Source: a virus
Virus record (IMG/VR): IMGVR_UViG_3300030523_000001
Direction: 5' to 3' (one strand)
Length of the DNA: 37,836 bases
Positions 1 to 7,474 of this stretch are shown here, one piece after another (position 1 is the stretch's first letter; the number at the start of each line of letters is the position of its first letter). The translations under genes were made by a program, and so were the position numbers. A model generated the notes under the pieces. It was not told the origin of the DNA. It did not search any database and saw only the letters and a list, made by a program, of their open reading frames with translations.

Positions 1-22
1 ATCGTGCCCGCGCTCGTGCGCC
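1..22. repeat. Terminal direct repeat (assembly overlap of a circular molecule), copy 1
   Basis: Exact 22/22 match to 37815-37836. Confidence 0.95.
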
Positions 23-267
23 TGTACCGTAGTGTCCCGTACAGCGTCCAGGCCCTCGACAAGGGCGTCTAACGCCATGTGGGGATCGCGCGGATACGCC
101 GGGATGATCGTGACCGTTTCATCGTCGGTGAGCGGGTCGATGCGGACGCACACAACATGCGGCCGGCCGTCGATGGCAAAGGGGACGACTACCAGACCGC
201 CACGGCGCTGATAGACCAGCAACGGCTTGTTCAGATCGAGGTAGAACAGTTCAATGGGCGGGATCAT
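1..267 (-). CDS. Hypothetical protein, N-terminal 89 codons of a 156-aa junction-spanning ORF (continues at 37814..37611)
   Basis: ATG at 267-265 overlaps the TGA of the upstream gene (ATGA coupling). Translation is MIPPIELFYLDLNKPLLVYQRRGG...HERGHD, then runs off position 1 with no stop. 267+204 nt = 471 nt, which is divisible by 3. Confidence 0.6.
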   Translation of the reverse strand, partial: MIPPIELFYLDLNKPLLVYQRRGGLVVVPFAIDGRPHVVCVRIDPLTDDETVTIIPAYPRDPHMALDALVEGLDAVRDTTVQAHERGHD

Positions 268-677
268 GGCGCGATCCGTCCGGCGCCGGCGTCCATCTCA
301 TCGTGGCCCGCCAGTTCCGCTTCTTCGCTGCGCGCGAGCTGCGACCGGGCCATCCAGCGATCAAACGCCCACTCCTGGGTGGCCCAGTCGTCGTCACGGT
401 GCGCCTGGACCAACGGCCCCATCGCCGTAAGCTGCGCGCGGGCCATGATCTGGAGAGCCTCGGTGGCGTCGATGAGGGCACGATGCGCGGCCTCATTCGG
501 CAGCACCTCGTCGTCAGGCTGCCAGGTCTGGACCGCGTGGAGCACGACATGAAAGATCGTGTAACTATCGTCCACGTCGAGGGTCGGGGGGATGCCCTCG
601 GGGATGCCGACGGGCTGCGTACGATAGCTCTTGGACCGCTCCGGCGTGCGGGTGGTGTCTGTGGTTCTGTTAGTCAT
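264..677 (-). CDS. Hypothetical protein (137 aa)
   Basis: ORF in a chain of overlapping, translationally coupled minus-strand genes. No recognisable motif. Confidence 0.55.
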   Translation of the reverse strand: MTNRTTDTTRTPERSKSYRTQPVGIPEGIPPTLDVDDSYTIFHVVLHAVQTWQPDDEVLPNEAAHRALIDATEALQIMARAQLTAMGPLVQAHRDDDWATQEWAFDRWMARSQLARSEEAELAGHDEMDAGAGRIAP

Positions 678-888
678 GTGTCATACTCCTCTGCTGGGTC
701 GTGTGCGTGACGAGGCGCTGAAAGATAGCGCCAATACGGGTTTCCTGGTCCGGTGTGCAGACGGACGCCCACGCGATAGGGCGTCCGTTATGGGTCATGT
801 AGGCGATGTCGTCGTAGACATAGCGCATCCAGGACGGGGCGTAGGGCGTCGCGGGCGCCGGTGGTGATGTCTGCGGTGTGGCGGTCAT
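670..888 (-). CDS. Hypothetical protein (72 aa)
   Basis: ATG at 888 overlaps the stop of the upstream gene (ATGA). Same operon. Confidence 0.5.
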   Translation of the reverse strand: MTATPQTSPPAPATPYAPSWMRYVYDDIAYMTHNGRPIAWASVCTPDQETRIGAIFQRLVTHTTQQRSMTHD

Positions 889-1094
889 TGGACGGCGCTC
901 CTCGCAGCACTACGAGCCGTGATCATGGCGGCATAGGCGTTCCAGTCGTCTACCTCGCGCCAGGCGGCGGCGTTGGCAGGCATGAACGTACCGTTGCCCA
1001 CGTAGACGTACGCGGCGCGCTCGGCGGCGGGGACCGCGCCCCTTAATGCAATTGCATTAAGGGGCCGTGTGGTCGTGGCTGTACGTTTGCTCAT
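885..1094 (-). CDS. Hypothetical protein (about 69 aa from ATG 1094; TTG alternative at 1100)
   Basis: Starts 2 nt after the TGA of the SWIM gene. It contains the 28-bp palindrome at 1038-1065 in its coding sequence (..RPLNAIALRG..). Confidence 0.5.
   Translation of the reverse strand: MSKRTATTTRPLNAIALRGAVPAAERAAYVYVGNGTFMPANAAAWREVDDWNAYAAMITARSAARSAVQ
1038..1065. repeat. 28-bp perfect palindrome GCCCCTTAATGCAATTGCATTAAGGGGC
   Basis: Checked base by base. AT-rich core in a GC-rich gene. The half-site ATTGCATTAA recurs at 33761-33770. Confidence 0.95.
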
Positions 1095-1096
1095 CG

Positions 1097-1546
1097 TCAA
1101 GCTGCCCGCATGGCGCTGGCATTCGCGGCGGCGACCTGGCGCTCCAACGCGTCCACCTCGTGCAGATAGACGACGTACTCGTCAGCCTGTCGGTCGGTAT
1201 CGGCCAGGGCGCGCAGGGCCGCGTCGAGCTGGCGCTCGGCCTGCTCCACGGCGTCGCCGACGTGGGACACGACCCCGCCCCGCACCGGCCTCTTGATGCC
1301 GCTCGGCGCGCCGGCCGACATCGGCACGGCCACCGGGGCCTCGGCCTCCTTCGTGACGAAGAAGGCCACGTTCAGGGACCGCACGAACTTCATGTGCTTA
1401 CACGTTTTTCGCGCGGGACAATCACATTGGTTGGCGCTGGTCTCGTACCAGGTGTGCGGGTCGGTGCCGGACTGAACGCGATACCAGCCACGGTGCGCGG
1501 TGAGTCGAACGGTGGGCTTGTACGTTGCGGTAGACTTGGTGTACAT
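1097..1546 (-). CDS. SWIM zinc-finger protein (149 aa), first gene of the minus-strand operon that wraps the junction
   Basis: CxCx5CxH signature in ..NQCDCPARKTCKHMKF.. . GAGGT Shine-Dalgarno upstream of ATG 1546. C-terminal coiled-coil-like region. Confidence 0.65.
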   Translation of the reverse strand: MYTKSTATYKPTVRLTAHRGWYRVQSGTDPHTWYETSANQCDCPARKTCKHMKFVRSLNVAFFVTKEAEAPVAVPMSAGAPSGIKRPVRGGVVSHVGDAVEQAERQLDAALRALADTDRQADEYVVYLHEVDALERQVAAANASAMRAA

Positions 1547-1570
1547 GGCGATCTAACCTCGCTGTGTCGT

Positions 1571-1605
1571 GCCGGCGGCTGGTTGCACAGCGCGCCGGCT
1601 TTTTT
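1571..1605 (+). terminator. Hairpin (GCCGGCG / CGCCGGC) followed by T6 on the plus strand; lies in the 5' UTR of the minus-strand SWIM operon
   Basis: Stem at 1571-1577 and 1593-1599, T-run at 1600-1605. No plus-strand gene ends here, so its role (antisense terminator or UTR structure) is unclear. Confidence 0.3.
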
Positions 1606-1632
1606 CGTGTGTAGGTCATTCCCTACTCCACC

Positions 1633-1661
1633 AGTATAACATACTAAATATGTTTTGGCAA
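1633..1661 (-). promoter_or_regulatory. Sigma-70-type promoter for the SWIM operon
   Basis: Minus strand reads TTGCCA, 17 nt, TGt-TATACT (extended -10). Located in the AT-rich divergent region 1610-1745. Confidence 0.5.
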
Positions 1662-1751
1662 TGTATATGTAGTATCTTATCATTTATGGTATGCTATAAA
1701 TAGAGCTAGCGCGTATTAGGCTAGACTACGGGTAGCTGCTAGGAGGCAGAC

Positions 1752-1976
1752 ATGTCATTGACAAGTGAGAGGCTAGAGCGCGTGCCACGTAAGGCAGGGA
1801 CCGAACCGATAGGAAAAGAGGAGGACCGCTTCACCATCATCTTTAGCGTGGAGGCCGGCCAGCGCCTACGCACACTCGCACGCCAGATGGAGCTGCCCGT
1901 ATCCGTCATGCTGCGGCTATGGGCGCTCGACCGGATCGGCGAAGAAGAGCGGCGCGTGCGGGGCCGCGACGAATGA
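1752..1976 (+). CDS. Ribbon-helix-helix (CopG/Arc/MetJ-like) DNA-binding protein (74 aa)
   Basis: AGGAGG 5 nt upstream of the ATG. A beta-strand then two helices: ..DRFTIIFSVEAGQRLRTLARQMELPVSVMLRLWALDRI.. . TGcTATAAA extended -10 at 1692-1700. Confidence 0.65.
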   Translation: MSLTSERLERVPRKAGTEPIGKEEDRFTIIFSVEAGQRLRTLARQMELPVSVMLRLWALDRIGEEERRVRGRDE

Positions 1977-2049
1977 GACCTGTGCGTCGTCCCCAAGTAG
2001 ATCGTACTTATAGCGGGCCTTGGGTACTGATAAGGAAGTGGCGCTCGTC

Positions 2050-3192
2050 ATGACCACAGAAACTAGCCTCACCACGTTGCCGTCTATGGCCATAGCTCCG
2101 ACAAGGAAGCGGGCTTATAGTGCACGCAACCCGCTATCGCAGGCCAGGGCCGACCGAGTACGTCGGCTCGTCGAAGAGTTACCCGTGACGCCCACAATTC
2201 GGCAGGTGTACTACATCCTAGTCGGAGAGCACTTGATTGAGAAGACCGACGTCGGATACAAATCCTTGGTGCGTCAGTTAGGTGCGATGCGCAAGGGTGG
2301 TGAGTTGCCCTATAGCGCGCTCATCGACGGGACACGCGAACGAAGGTTGACGCTCACGTTTTCCACACCGTCCAATGCCCTGGCCTACGCGCGCGGCATC
2401 CACCGGCGCGACCCCTGGGCATCTCAGGCCGTGGCTCCCGAGGTGTGGGCCGAAGCCGATACGTTGAGCGGGATGTTATGGCAGGTGGCGTCCCCGCTCG
2501 CCGTACCTGTCGTGGTCTGTCGTGGCAATTCCAGCCTAAGTCAACTCTATATGAGTGCCGCCGTTATCCATAAACGCTGGGAAAACAGCCGACAACGCAC
2601 GGCCATTCTCTACGCGGGTGACTTCGATCCGGCCGGCATGGATATGTCCGATGGGTTGCACGGGCGCCTGGTGGAGGTCGGAGCCCCCGGATATGCGTTC
2701 ACCGTCACGCGCGTTGCCATCACGCCCGAGCAGATTGAAGAGCACCACTTGCCACCCCATGACCCCAAGACCAAGGACGGACGCACGCCGCAGTTCATCG
2801 CCCGCTACGGCGTCGGGTGCGTCGAGGCCGACGCGCTCCCGCCGGCCGCGCTAGCCACGGTGGTCGAAGATGCCATCATGCGCTGCGTGACCGACGGAGA
2901 TGCCTGGGACGAAGCGCGGATACAAGAAGGCATCGACCGCGAGGCGCTGGGCGATCTCATCACGCGGGAGGGCGACGCCCTGGACATCAGCGCCTCGCGT
3001 GATGATAAGCCGTTCGACGTGTCCGTCGTGGTCGAAAAGGTTTTGCAGGCTATGATTCACGCCTCGGCCCGCGGACAGGGCAGCCTGACCCGCACCGCCC
3101 TGCGATGTGCTATCGAGGAGACCAATGCAATGCGCCGCGCCCTCGAAAAGTGCGAGCGGGAGGTCATACGGATGAATAGTGAATCATGGTGA
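2050..3192 (+). CDS. Top6A/Spo11-like protein (5Y-CAP winged helix plus Toprim), 'Mini-A'-like
   Basis: TIRQVYYIL (YY at 2209-2214) matches the R-x-x-Y-Y catalytic-tyrosine motif of Top6A/Spo11. Toprim elements are present: VWAEADTL (Glu), CRGNSS (G-x-S), LYAGDFDPAGMDM (DxDPxG). ATG 2050 is preferred over the TTG at 2020. Confidence 0.55.
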   Translation: MTTETSLTTLPSMAIAPTRKRAYSARNPLSQARADRVRRLVEELPVTPTIRQVYYILVGEHLIEKTDVGYKSLVRQLGAMRKGGELPYSALIDGTRERRLTLTFSTPSNALAYARGIHRRDPWASQAVAPEVWAEADTLSGMLWQVASPLAVPVVVCRGNSSLSQLYMSAAVIHKRWENSRQRTAILYAGDFDPAGMDMSDGLHGRLVEVGAPGYAFTVTRVAITPEQIEEHHLPPHDPKTKDGRTPQFIARYGVGCVEADALPPAALATVVEDAIMRCVTDGDAWDEARIQEGIDREALGDLITREGDALDISASRDDKPFDVSVVVEKVLQAMIHASARGQGSLTRTALRCAIEETNAMRRALEKCEREVIRMNSESW

Positions 3193-3428
3193 TAGCGAGG
3201 GGAGTTATCGCACCTAATGGTCCATGTGAGGACGTGTCGTAGGACGACACAGCAGGCACGGTAAGAGCGCTTTCCTTGCCTGCCCCCCCTGCGTAGGCCC
3301 GCACACGGCGCGCCTGGTCGCGGTGCGCCGGCAATGATGAGGGGAACATAACAAGCAACATGGGCGGGAGGTGAAGATGGTACGACGCACCTTCACCCCC
3401 CTAAACACCACACCACACGGGAGGAGGC

Positions 3429-3572
3429 ATGACGCCTACCAGTAGCGTACCGCACACGGCGCATGGCGCGGACATCGCGACCATGCAGAAGCTGGCCGGA
3501 CACTCGAATGTGTGGACAGGGGTAAGGGGAGTGGCTATGTGCATCACGGCAGGAAGGGCATCGCGATGGTAA
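3429..3572 (+). pseudogene. Possible relic of the C-terminus of a tyrosine recombinase
   Basis: Short frame encodes ..VPHTAHGADIATMQKLAGHSNV.., resembling the R-H-T...D-I-x-x-[IV]-Q-x-L-L-G-H-S box II region. The upstream domain and the catalytic Tyr are absent. Confidence 0.3.
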
Positions 3573-4453
3573 CGCGTGCTCCGGCCCCGCTCTTCACCTT
3601 CAAGGACGAAGAGCGGGCCGCACAAGATAGTCGGTTAGATCCCATCATCGCCGATCTGTGGAAGGCCGGCGGTATACCGTGGTGGCGTGCCCAACCAGAG
3701 ATTCAAGCCGCGCATGAGGAGTGGCTGACGAGGACGATGGCCGGGGACGACGGTGCGATGGCCGACTATCTCAATATGGTGCTTGCCATGGCGATCGCGG
3801 CGTCCGCGCCCTTTGTCCCCGTTGACATCTGGCCCAACATCCCGCCCCCGGCCAAGCTAGACCCCGATGCACGCGTGGCCTTCCAGGTCATCGCGAATAC
3901 GATACGAGAAGGGGCCGGAGTGTTCACGGCCGGCAAGGTGCGTCGGAACAAGCACTATGCGCTGCTCGTCGCCCATCTCCTTTTCTGGCCCGAAGAGATA
4001 CGCCAAGGGGGCGATATTTTCGACCTGTGCTACCCGTGGCCATTCGTCATACGGATAGATGAGGAAGGGTCCCCCCGGCTCGAACGCCAAGAGGACATTC
4101 GCGATGAGGGATGGGGTATTGCCCAACGCATCGAGGCTGCTCTATTCGATGATGCACGGCAGGTTGACCGTCTACCTTATGGAACGAGTCAGACAGCCAG
4201 GAGCAGGCGCGATATGAAGGCGGAAAGGCGTCTGTTCGCGGGAGAGATCGCCAATCGACTCTATGAAACGAACAGTGCCGAGGAGATCGCCAAGCTCCCC
4301 GCTTTCACCGCCGCGCTGACGGCTGACGGCGGCGCCGTCGTCGGCACTATAAAATCCGGCGACGGGGTGCGCAAACTCATCCGCCTCTATCGAGAGGCCA
4401 ACAACCTGCCGCCCTTACCCCGCGGCCGGCCACCAAAAACGCCTAAATTGTGA
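3566..4453 (+). CDS. Hypothetical protein (about 295 aa) with a basic C-terminal tail (..PRGRPPKTPKL)
   Basis: Long ORF on the same strand as the replication block. ATG 3566 preceded by GGAAGGG. No recognised domain. Confidence 0.55.
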   Translation: MVTRAPAPLFTFKDEERAAQDSRLDPIIADLWKAGGIPWWRAQPEIQAAHEEWLTRTMAGDDGAMADYLNMVLAMAIAASAPFVPVDIWPNIPPPAKLDPDARVAFQVIANTIREGAGVFTAGKVRRNKHYALLVAHLLFWPEEIRQGGDIFDLCYPWPFVIRIDEEGSPRLERQEDIRDEGWGIAQRIEAALFDDARQVDRLPYGTSQTARSRRDMKAERRLFAGEIANRLYETNSAEEIAKLPAFTAALTADGGAVVGTIKSGDGVRKLIRLYREANNLPPLPRGRPPKTPKL

Positions 4454-4558
4454 CGTTTTCACCAGGGGAGTATGTTAGGCCGATTAAAAGCGAAAAAGTA
4501 GTTTAGACTGTAGGTAGCAGAGTTTCGCCAACAGGCGATCTAGCAAAAAGGAGCGCGC

Positions 4559-4762
4559 ATGATGCAAGCAACTCAGACCCCCGCACGGATTGCCGTCAGC
4601 GTCACGACGGCATCGGCGATTATCGGCCTCCCGGTGTCAACCATCCGTTTCTGGTGCAAAAACGGGAAGATCCCGGCCCATAAGGCGGGCAAGACGTGGC
4701 TCATCCGCGTCGATGAACTCGACAAGTTGACACGGGCCGATGAAGTACTCTCGGCAAAGTAA
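4559..4762 (+). CDS. Excisionase/MerR-superfamily helix-turn-helix DNA-binding protein (67 aa)
   Basis: AAAGGAG upstream. ..VTTASAIIGLPVSTIRFWCKNGKIPAHKAGKTWLIRVDELDKL.. is the typical Xis/AlpA-type HTH pattern. Confidence 0.7.
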   Translation: MMQATQTPARIAVSVTTASAIIGLPVSTIRFWCKNGKIPAHKAGKTWLIRVDELDKLTRADEVLSAK

Positions 4763-5111
4763 AGCGCGTACCCCGGCAAGAGTTTGGCCACCAACCCGGG
4801 AATACGCGCCCCCACCAGCGACACACGGCCCTACTGGCGCAAGGCAAGCCCCAGAGGTCTGGGACCTGTGTGTTGTCTATGGTCCCTCTATCATGAGGGC
4901 CAGCCGGCGATCTGTCAAGGAGACAATTAGAAAGGCAATGACCCCGCCCGATTGGTGCGGGACACAGAAAAGGCCAGTATCACCATCCTCCCGCCAAGTT
5001 GGTAGTGATGACCGGCCCTTAGAAAAGAACGGAGCTGTGGACTATGTCCTTCTCTATGGTACCACGTCTTGGTACCCAGGCGCTAGTTAGCACCATCATC
5101 GGGCGTGTGCA

Positions 5112-7010
5112 ATGAGCGCCTACCCCCACGACTACAGCGATGACCCGCACTATTCTTCCACGGAGGACAACCTCTCTATCGAGGTCTCACGGCTCCGCAC
5201 GGAGAATACCCATCTTCGAGATATCGTCGACACGCAACGCGCCCGGATCGCGACGCTCAAAGCCGAGCAGGACGCACACAAGGCGCTGCGCGACAATCCC
5301 AATCTGACACCCCTGCGCAAGGACACGCTCGAAGTCGTCTACGAACTGCTCGGCTGTCCGCTCGGCACATCGCCGGCTACGCGCCCCTACCCCGATACCA
5401 TCATCAGCCACGAAAAGGTAGCTCAACGCCTTGGCGTCAGCGCCAAGCAAATCGGCAAGCACCTGGCCGACATGGAGATGGATGGCTGGGTCAAGCGATC
5501 GCTGGCCACCGGCGTCAATCCCGAGAACGGTAAGCCTGTCAAGCACTACCACTACGCCCCGGTCGAGGGACAGGCATTCCTCGCCAGCGTCGGCACCCCC
5601 GACAAGCTCGTAGAGCATCGCGCCCCTGGCACAAGCACACTGAAGGCCGATGCGGAAAAGAGCGCGGCCAGGCGGCGATTAATTGAAGCTCGCTGCCCGG
5701 TGTGCAAGACGACGGATTGCACGATCCATTGCAGCAACGGCCACACGACCCACATGGATGACGTAGACGACGCACAGCCACAACGCGCCTTATCCATCGT
5801 GCGCAACGTACGAGCGACAGACGAGAAAACCGTGAGGGAAGAATCTTCCCTCACGCAAAACGCCCCCGGCGTGATGGAAGAAATGTCCGATAGCTACCTA
5901 TCCAGTGAAGGTACGTATCCGGGGGAAGAAACGGCGCTCCCACTCGACGAGGAGCCCGTGAGGGAAGAATCTTCCCTCACGGTGCAGGACGCTATCGCGA
6001 CACTGGAGCCGGCCGTCACCCGCCACCACGACGCCGTGTGCATGAAAGGGGGCAAGCCTAAGTACCTCTCGATCGGGCGTCCGCTGACCGAGGCCGATGT
6101 CATCGCGCATCTCCTCGGGAAGCAGACGTTCGGGGCGGGCTTGCTAGACGAAACACCCGACGGCCCGCGCGTCCAGGCGTTGGTCTGGGACGAGGATGGC
6201 CGGTTCGACCGTTTAACGCGCTCGGCGACACGCCTGAATAACGCGGGCCTCCGTCCGCTGCTCGTGCGCAATCCTATTGATCCCCAGCGGGGCCACCTCT
6301 GGCTGTTGTTCACGGCGCCGTGTGATCCGGCGTGGGCCATTGCAGCCGCGGAGCGTATCGCCCCGGAGCTGCGCAACGTGGAAGAGCGTTTTCCCGACCT
6401 GAACGAGAAAGGGGGGGCGCGCGTCCGGTTGCCTGGTGGCGCGTATGTGACAGGCGACGGGAGGCGCATCCCGACGCGCGTGGCAGCGGGAACGAAGGAT
6501 GGGCCTGGGGAGTGGCTCGACGGTACGACGCCAGAGGCGTGGGCGCTCATCGGCGTGGCCCTGTCGGACCCGGAGATCCTCGGGGCGACGTTTGTTCCGC
6601 GAGAGGATCGCCCCAAGTTGCGGCCCGCACGCCATGCGCCCCTCGTGCAGCGACGCCCGATAACGCCCAGGGCGGGCACCGCGTTCTTCGCCCGATTCAA
6701 TGCGGAGAACCCAATTGAGAGTATGGTTGACATCGACCGACGCGGTTTCTTTACGGCGCCATGGCGGTCTGAGCGAACGGCGAGCGTCCACGTCTACGCT
6801 GACGGTCAGCGGTGGAAGGACTTTGGGCCTGATAAGCGTGGTGGCGATGCCTTTGATCTATGGTGTGCGCTGAATGGATACTGGCCGACTGGGGCGGATC
6901 GTCCTGATCGGAAGCCGGCCTATGCCGCACTGAACCCCCATCCAGCACGAGAAGGGGAGGTGCCTATACCGGACGGTACCGCAGCCAGGCCGCAGGAGGT
7001 GTCACGATGA
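5112..7010 (+). CDS. Putative replication initiator/primase (632 aa): N-terminal coiled coil plus winged HTH, acidic linker, AEP-like core, degenerate CHC2-like C-terminal module
   Basis: wHTH ..VAQRLGVSAKQIGKHLADMEMDGWVKR.. . AEP-like motifs ..ALVWDEDG.. (DxD) and ..RGHLWLLF.. (His motif). C-terminus ..SVHVYADGQRWKDFGPDKRGGDAFDLW.. resembles a primase zinc-finger module without its cysteines. Confidence 0.5.
   Translation: MSAYPHDYSDDPHYSSTEDNLSIEVSRLRTENTHLRDIVDTQRARIATLKAEQDAHKALRDNPNLTPLRKDTLEVVYELLGCPLGTSPATRPYPDTIISHEKVAQRLGVSAKQIGKHLADMEMDGWVKRSLATGVNPENGKPVKHYHYAPVEGQAFLASVGTPDKLVEHRAPGTSTLKADAEKSAARRRLIEARCPVCKTTDCTIHCSNGHTTHMDDVDDAQPQRALSIVRNVRATDEKTVREESSLTQNAPGVMEEMSDSYLSSEGTYPGEETALPLDEEPVREESSLTVQDAIATLEPAVTRHHDAVCMKGGKPKYLSIGRPLTEADVIAHLLGKQTFGAGLLDETPDGPRVQALVWDEDGRFDRLTRSATRLNNAGLRPLLVRNPIDPQRGHLWLLFTAPCDPAWAIAAAERIAPELRNVEERFPDLNEKGGARVRLPGGAYVTGDGRRIPTRVAAGTKDGPGEWLDGTTPEAWALIGVALSDPEILGATFVPREDRPKLRPARHAPLVQRRPITPRAGTAFFARFNAENPIESMVDIDRRGFFTAPWRSERTASVHVYADGQRWKDFGPDKRGGDAFDLWCALNGYWPTGADRPDRKPAYAALNPHPAREGEVPIPDGTAARPQEVSR
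5831..5855. repeat. 25-bp perfect palindrome CGTGAGGGAAGAATCTTCCCTCACG, copy 1
   Basis: Verified arm by arm. Encodes VREESSLT in the primase linker. Confidence 0.95.
5957..5981. repeat. 25-bp perfect palindrome CGTGAGGGAAGAATCTTCCCTCACG, copy 2
   Basis: Identical to copy 1 and 126 bp downstream. Palindromic over 27 bp with flanking C/G. Confidence 0.95.
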
Positions 7011-7474
7011 CCCTCACCGTCGAGCGGCCCCAGGTCACACAGGACGCGTCATGCGCGATACAGGATGGGCCATGCGCGGTCGAGCCGGGGCTCCTACACG
7101 TCGAGGTTGACCCCGATGCCCCCTTCGTTGCGGGCCATCTCAGCGCCGTGGAGATGGGCAAGGCGGCGACGATCCTGGCGTACCTCCGCGAGCGCGGCGT
7201 CCTCGTCACCGCGTGCGCTAGCGGCGAGGAGATCCTGCTGACTATCGCGCAGGCCATCGCCCACGAGTTGCTGGTGCGCGTCGCCGCTAATAGCGCGCTG
7301 CTTCGGGCCTATCTGGCCTGCCCGCAGTGTGGGCGGCGCCACAGCCTGTCACCACCGTATGGCTGGTGCTGGCCGTGTAGCGAGGACGCGCGTCAGGGAG
7401 AGCGCGGGCCATGTGCGTTCCTGTCCCGCGTCGGTGAGGCGGGTGCTGATTACCCCTCCTTGGAGGTTCCATGA
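7007..7474 (+). CDS. Hypothetical protein with C-terminal zinc-ribbon (CPQC..CWPC), 155 aa
   Basis: ATGA overlap with the primase stop. Four-Cys motif ..ACPQCGRRHSLSPPYGWCWPC.. . Confidence 0.55.
   Translation: MTLTVERPQVTQDASCAIQDGPCAVEPGLLHVEVDPDAPFVAGHLSAVEMGKAATILAYLRERGVLVTACASGEEILLTIAQAIAHELLVRVAANSALLRAYLACPQCGRRHSLSPPYGWCWPCSEDARQGERGPCAFLSRVGEAGADYPSLEVP

Noticed and set aside
3234-3250. Hairpin GTGTCGT-AGG-ACGACAC as a possible self-target (protospacer) of the mini-array spacer 35490-35525, which contains GACGACA...TGTCGTC
   Set aside because: The similarity is limited to 7-nt palindrome arms in swapped order. There is no extended match, so it is most likely coincidence.
4763-5111. 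tRNA gene or tRNA-derived attP in the 350-bp non-coding stretch upstream of the primase
   Set aside because: Only short isolated hairpins were found. There is no cloverleaf arrangement, T-loop (GTTCGAATC-like) or acceptor/CCA features.
5894-6733. 279-aa ORF antisense to the primase gene. Similar antisense ORFs lie at 17226-18065, 20643-21632, 11282-12635, 26043-26774, 30076-30903, 14044-14829 and 79-552.
   Set aside because: All lie opposite genes with clear motifs. They are Arg/Ser/Pro-rich with no motifs or ribosome-binding sites, as expected for shadow ORFs in high-GC DNA.
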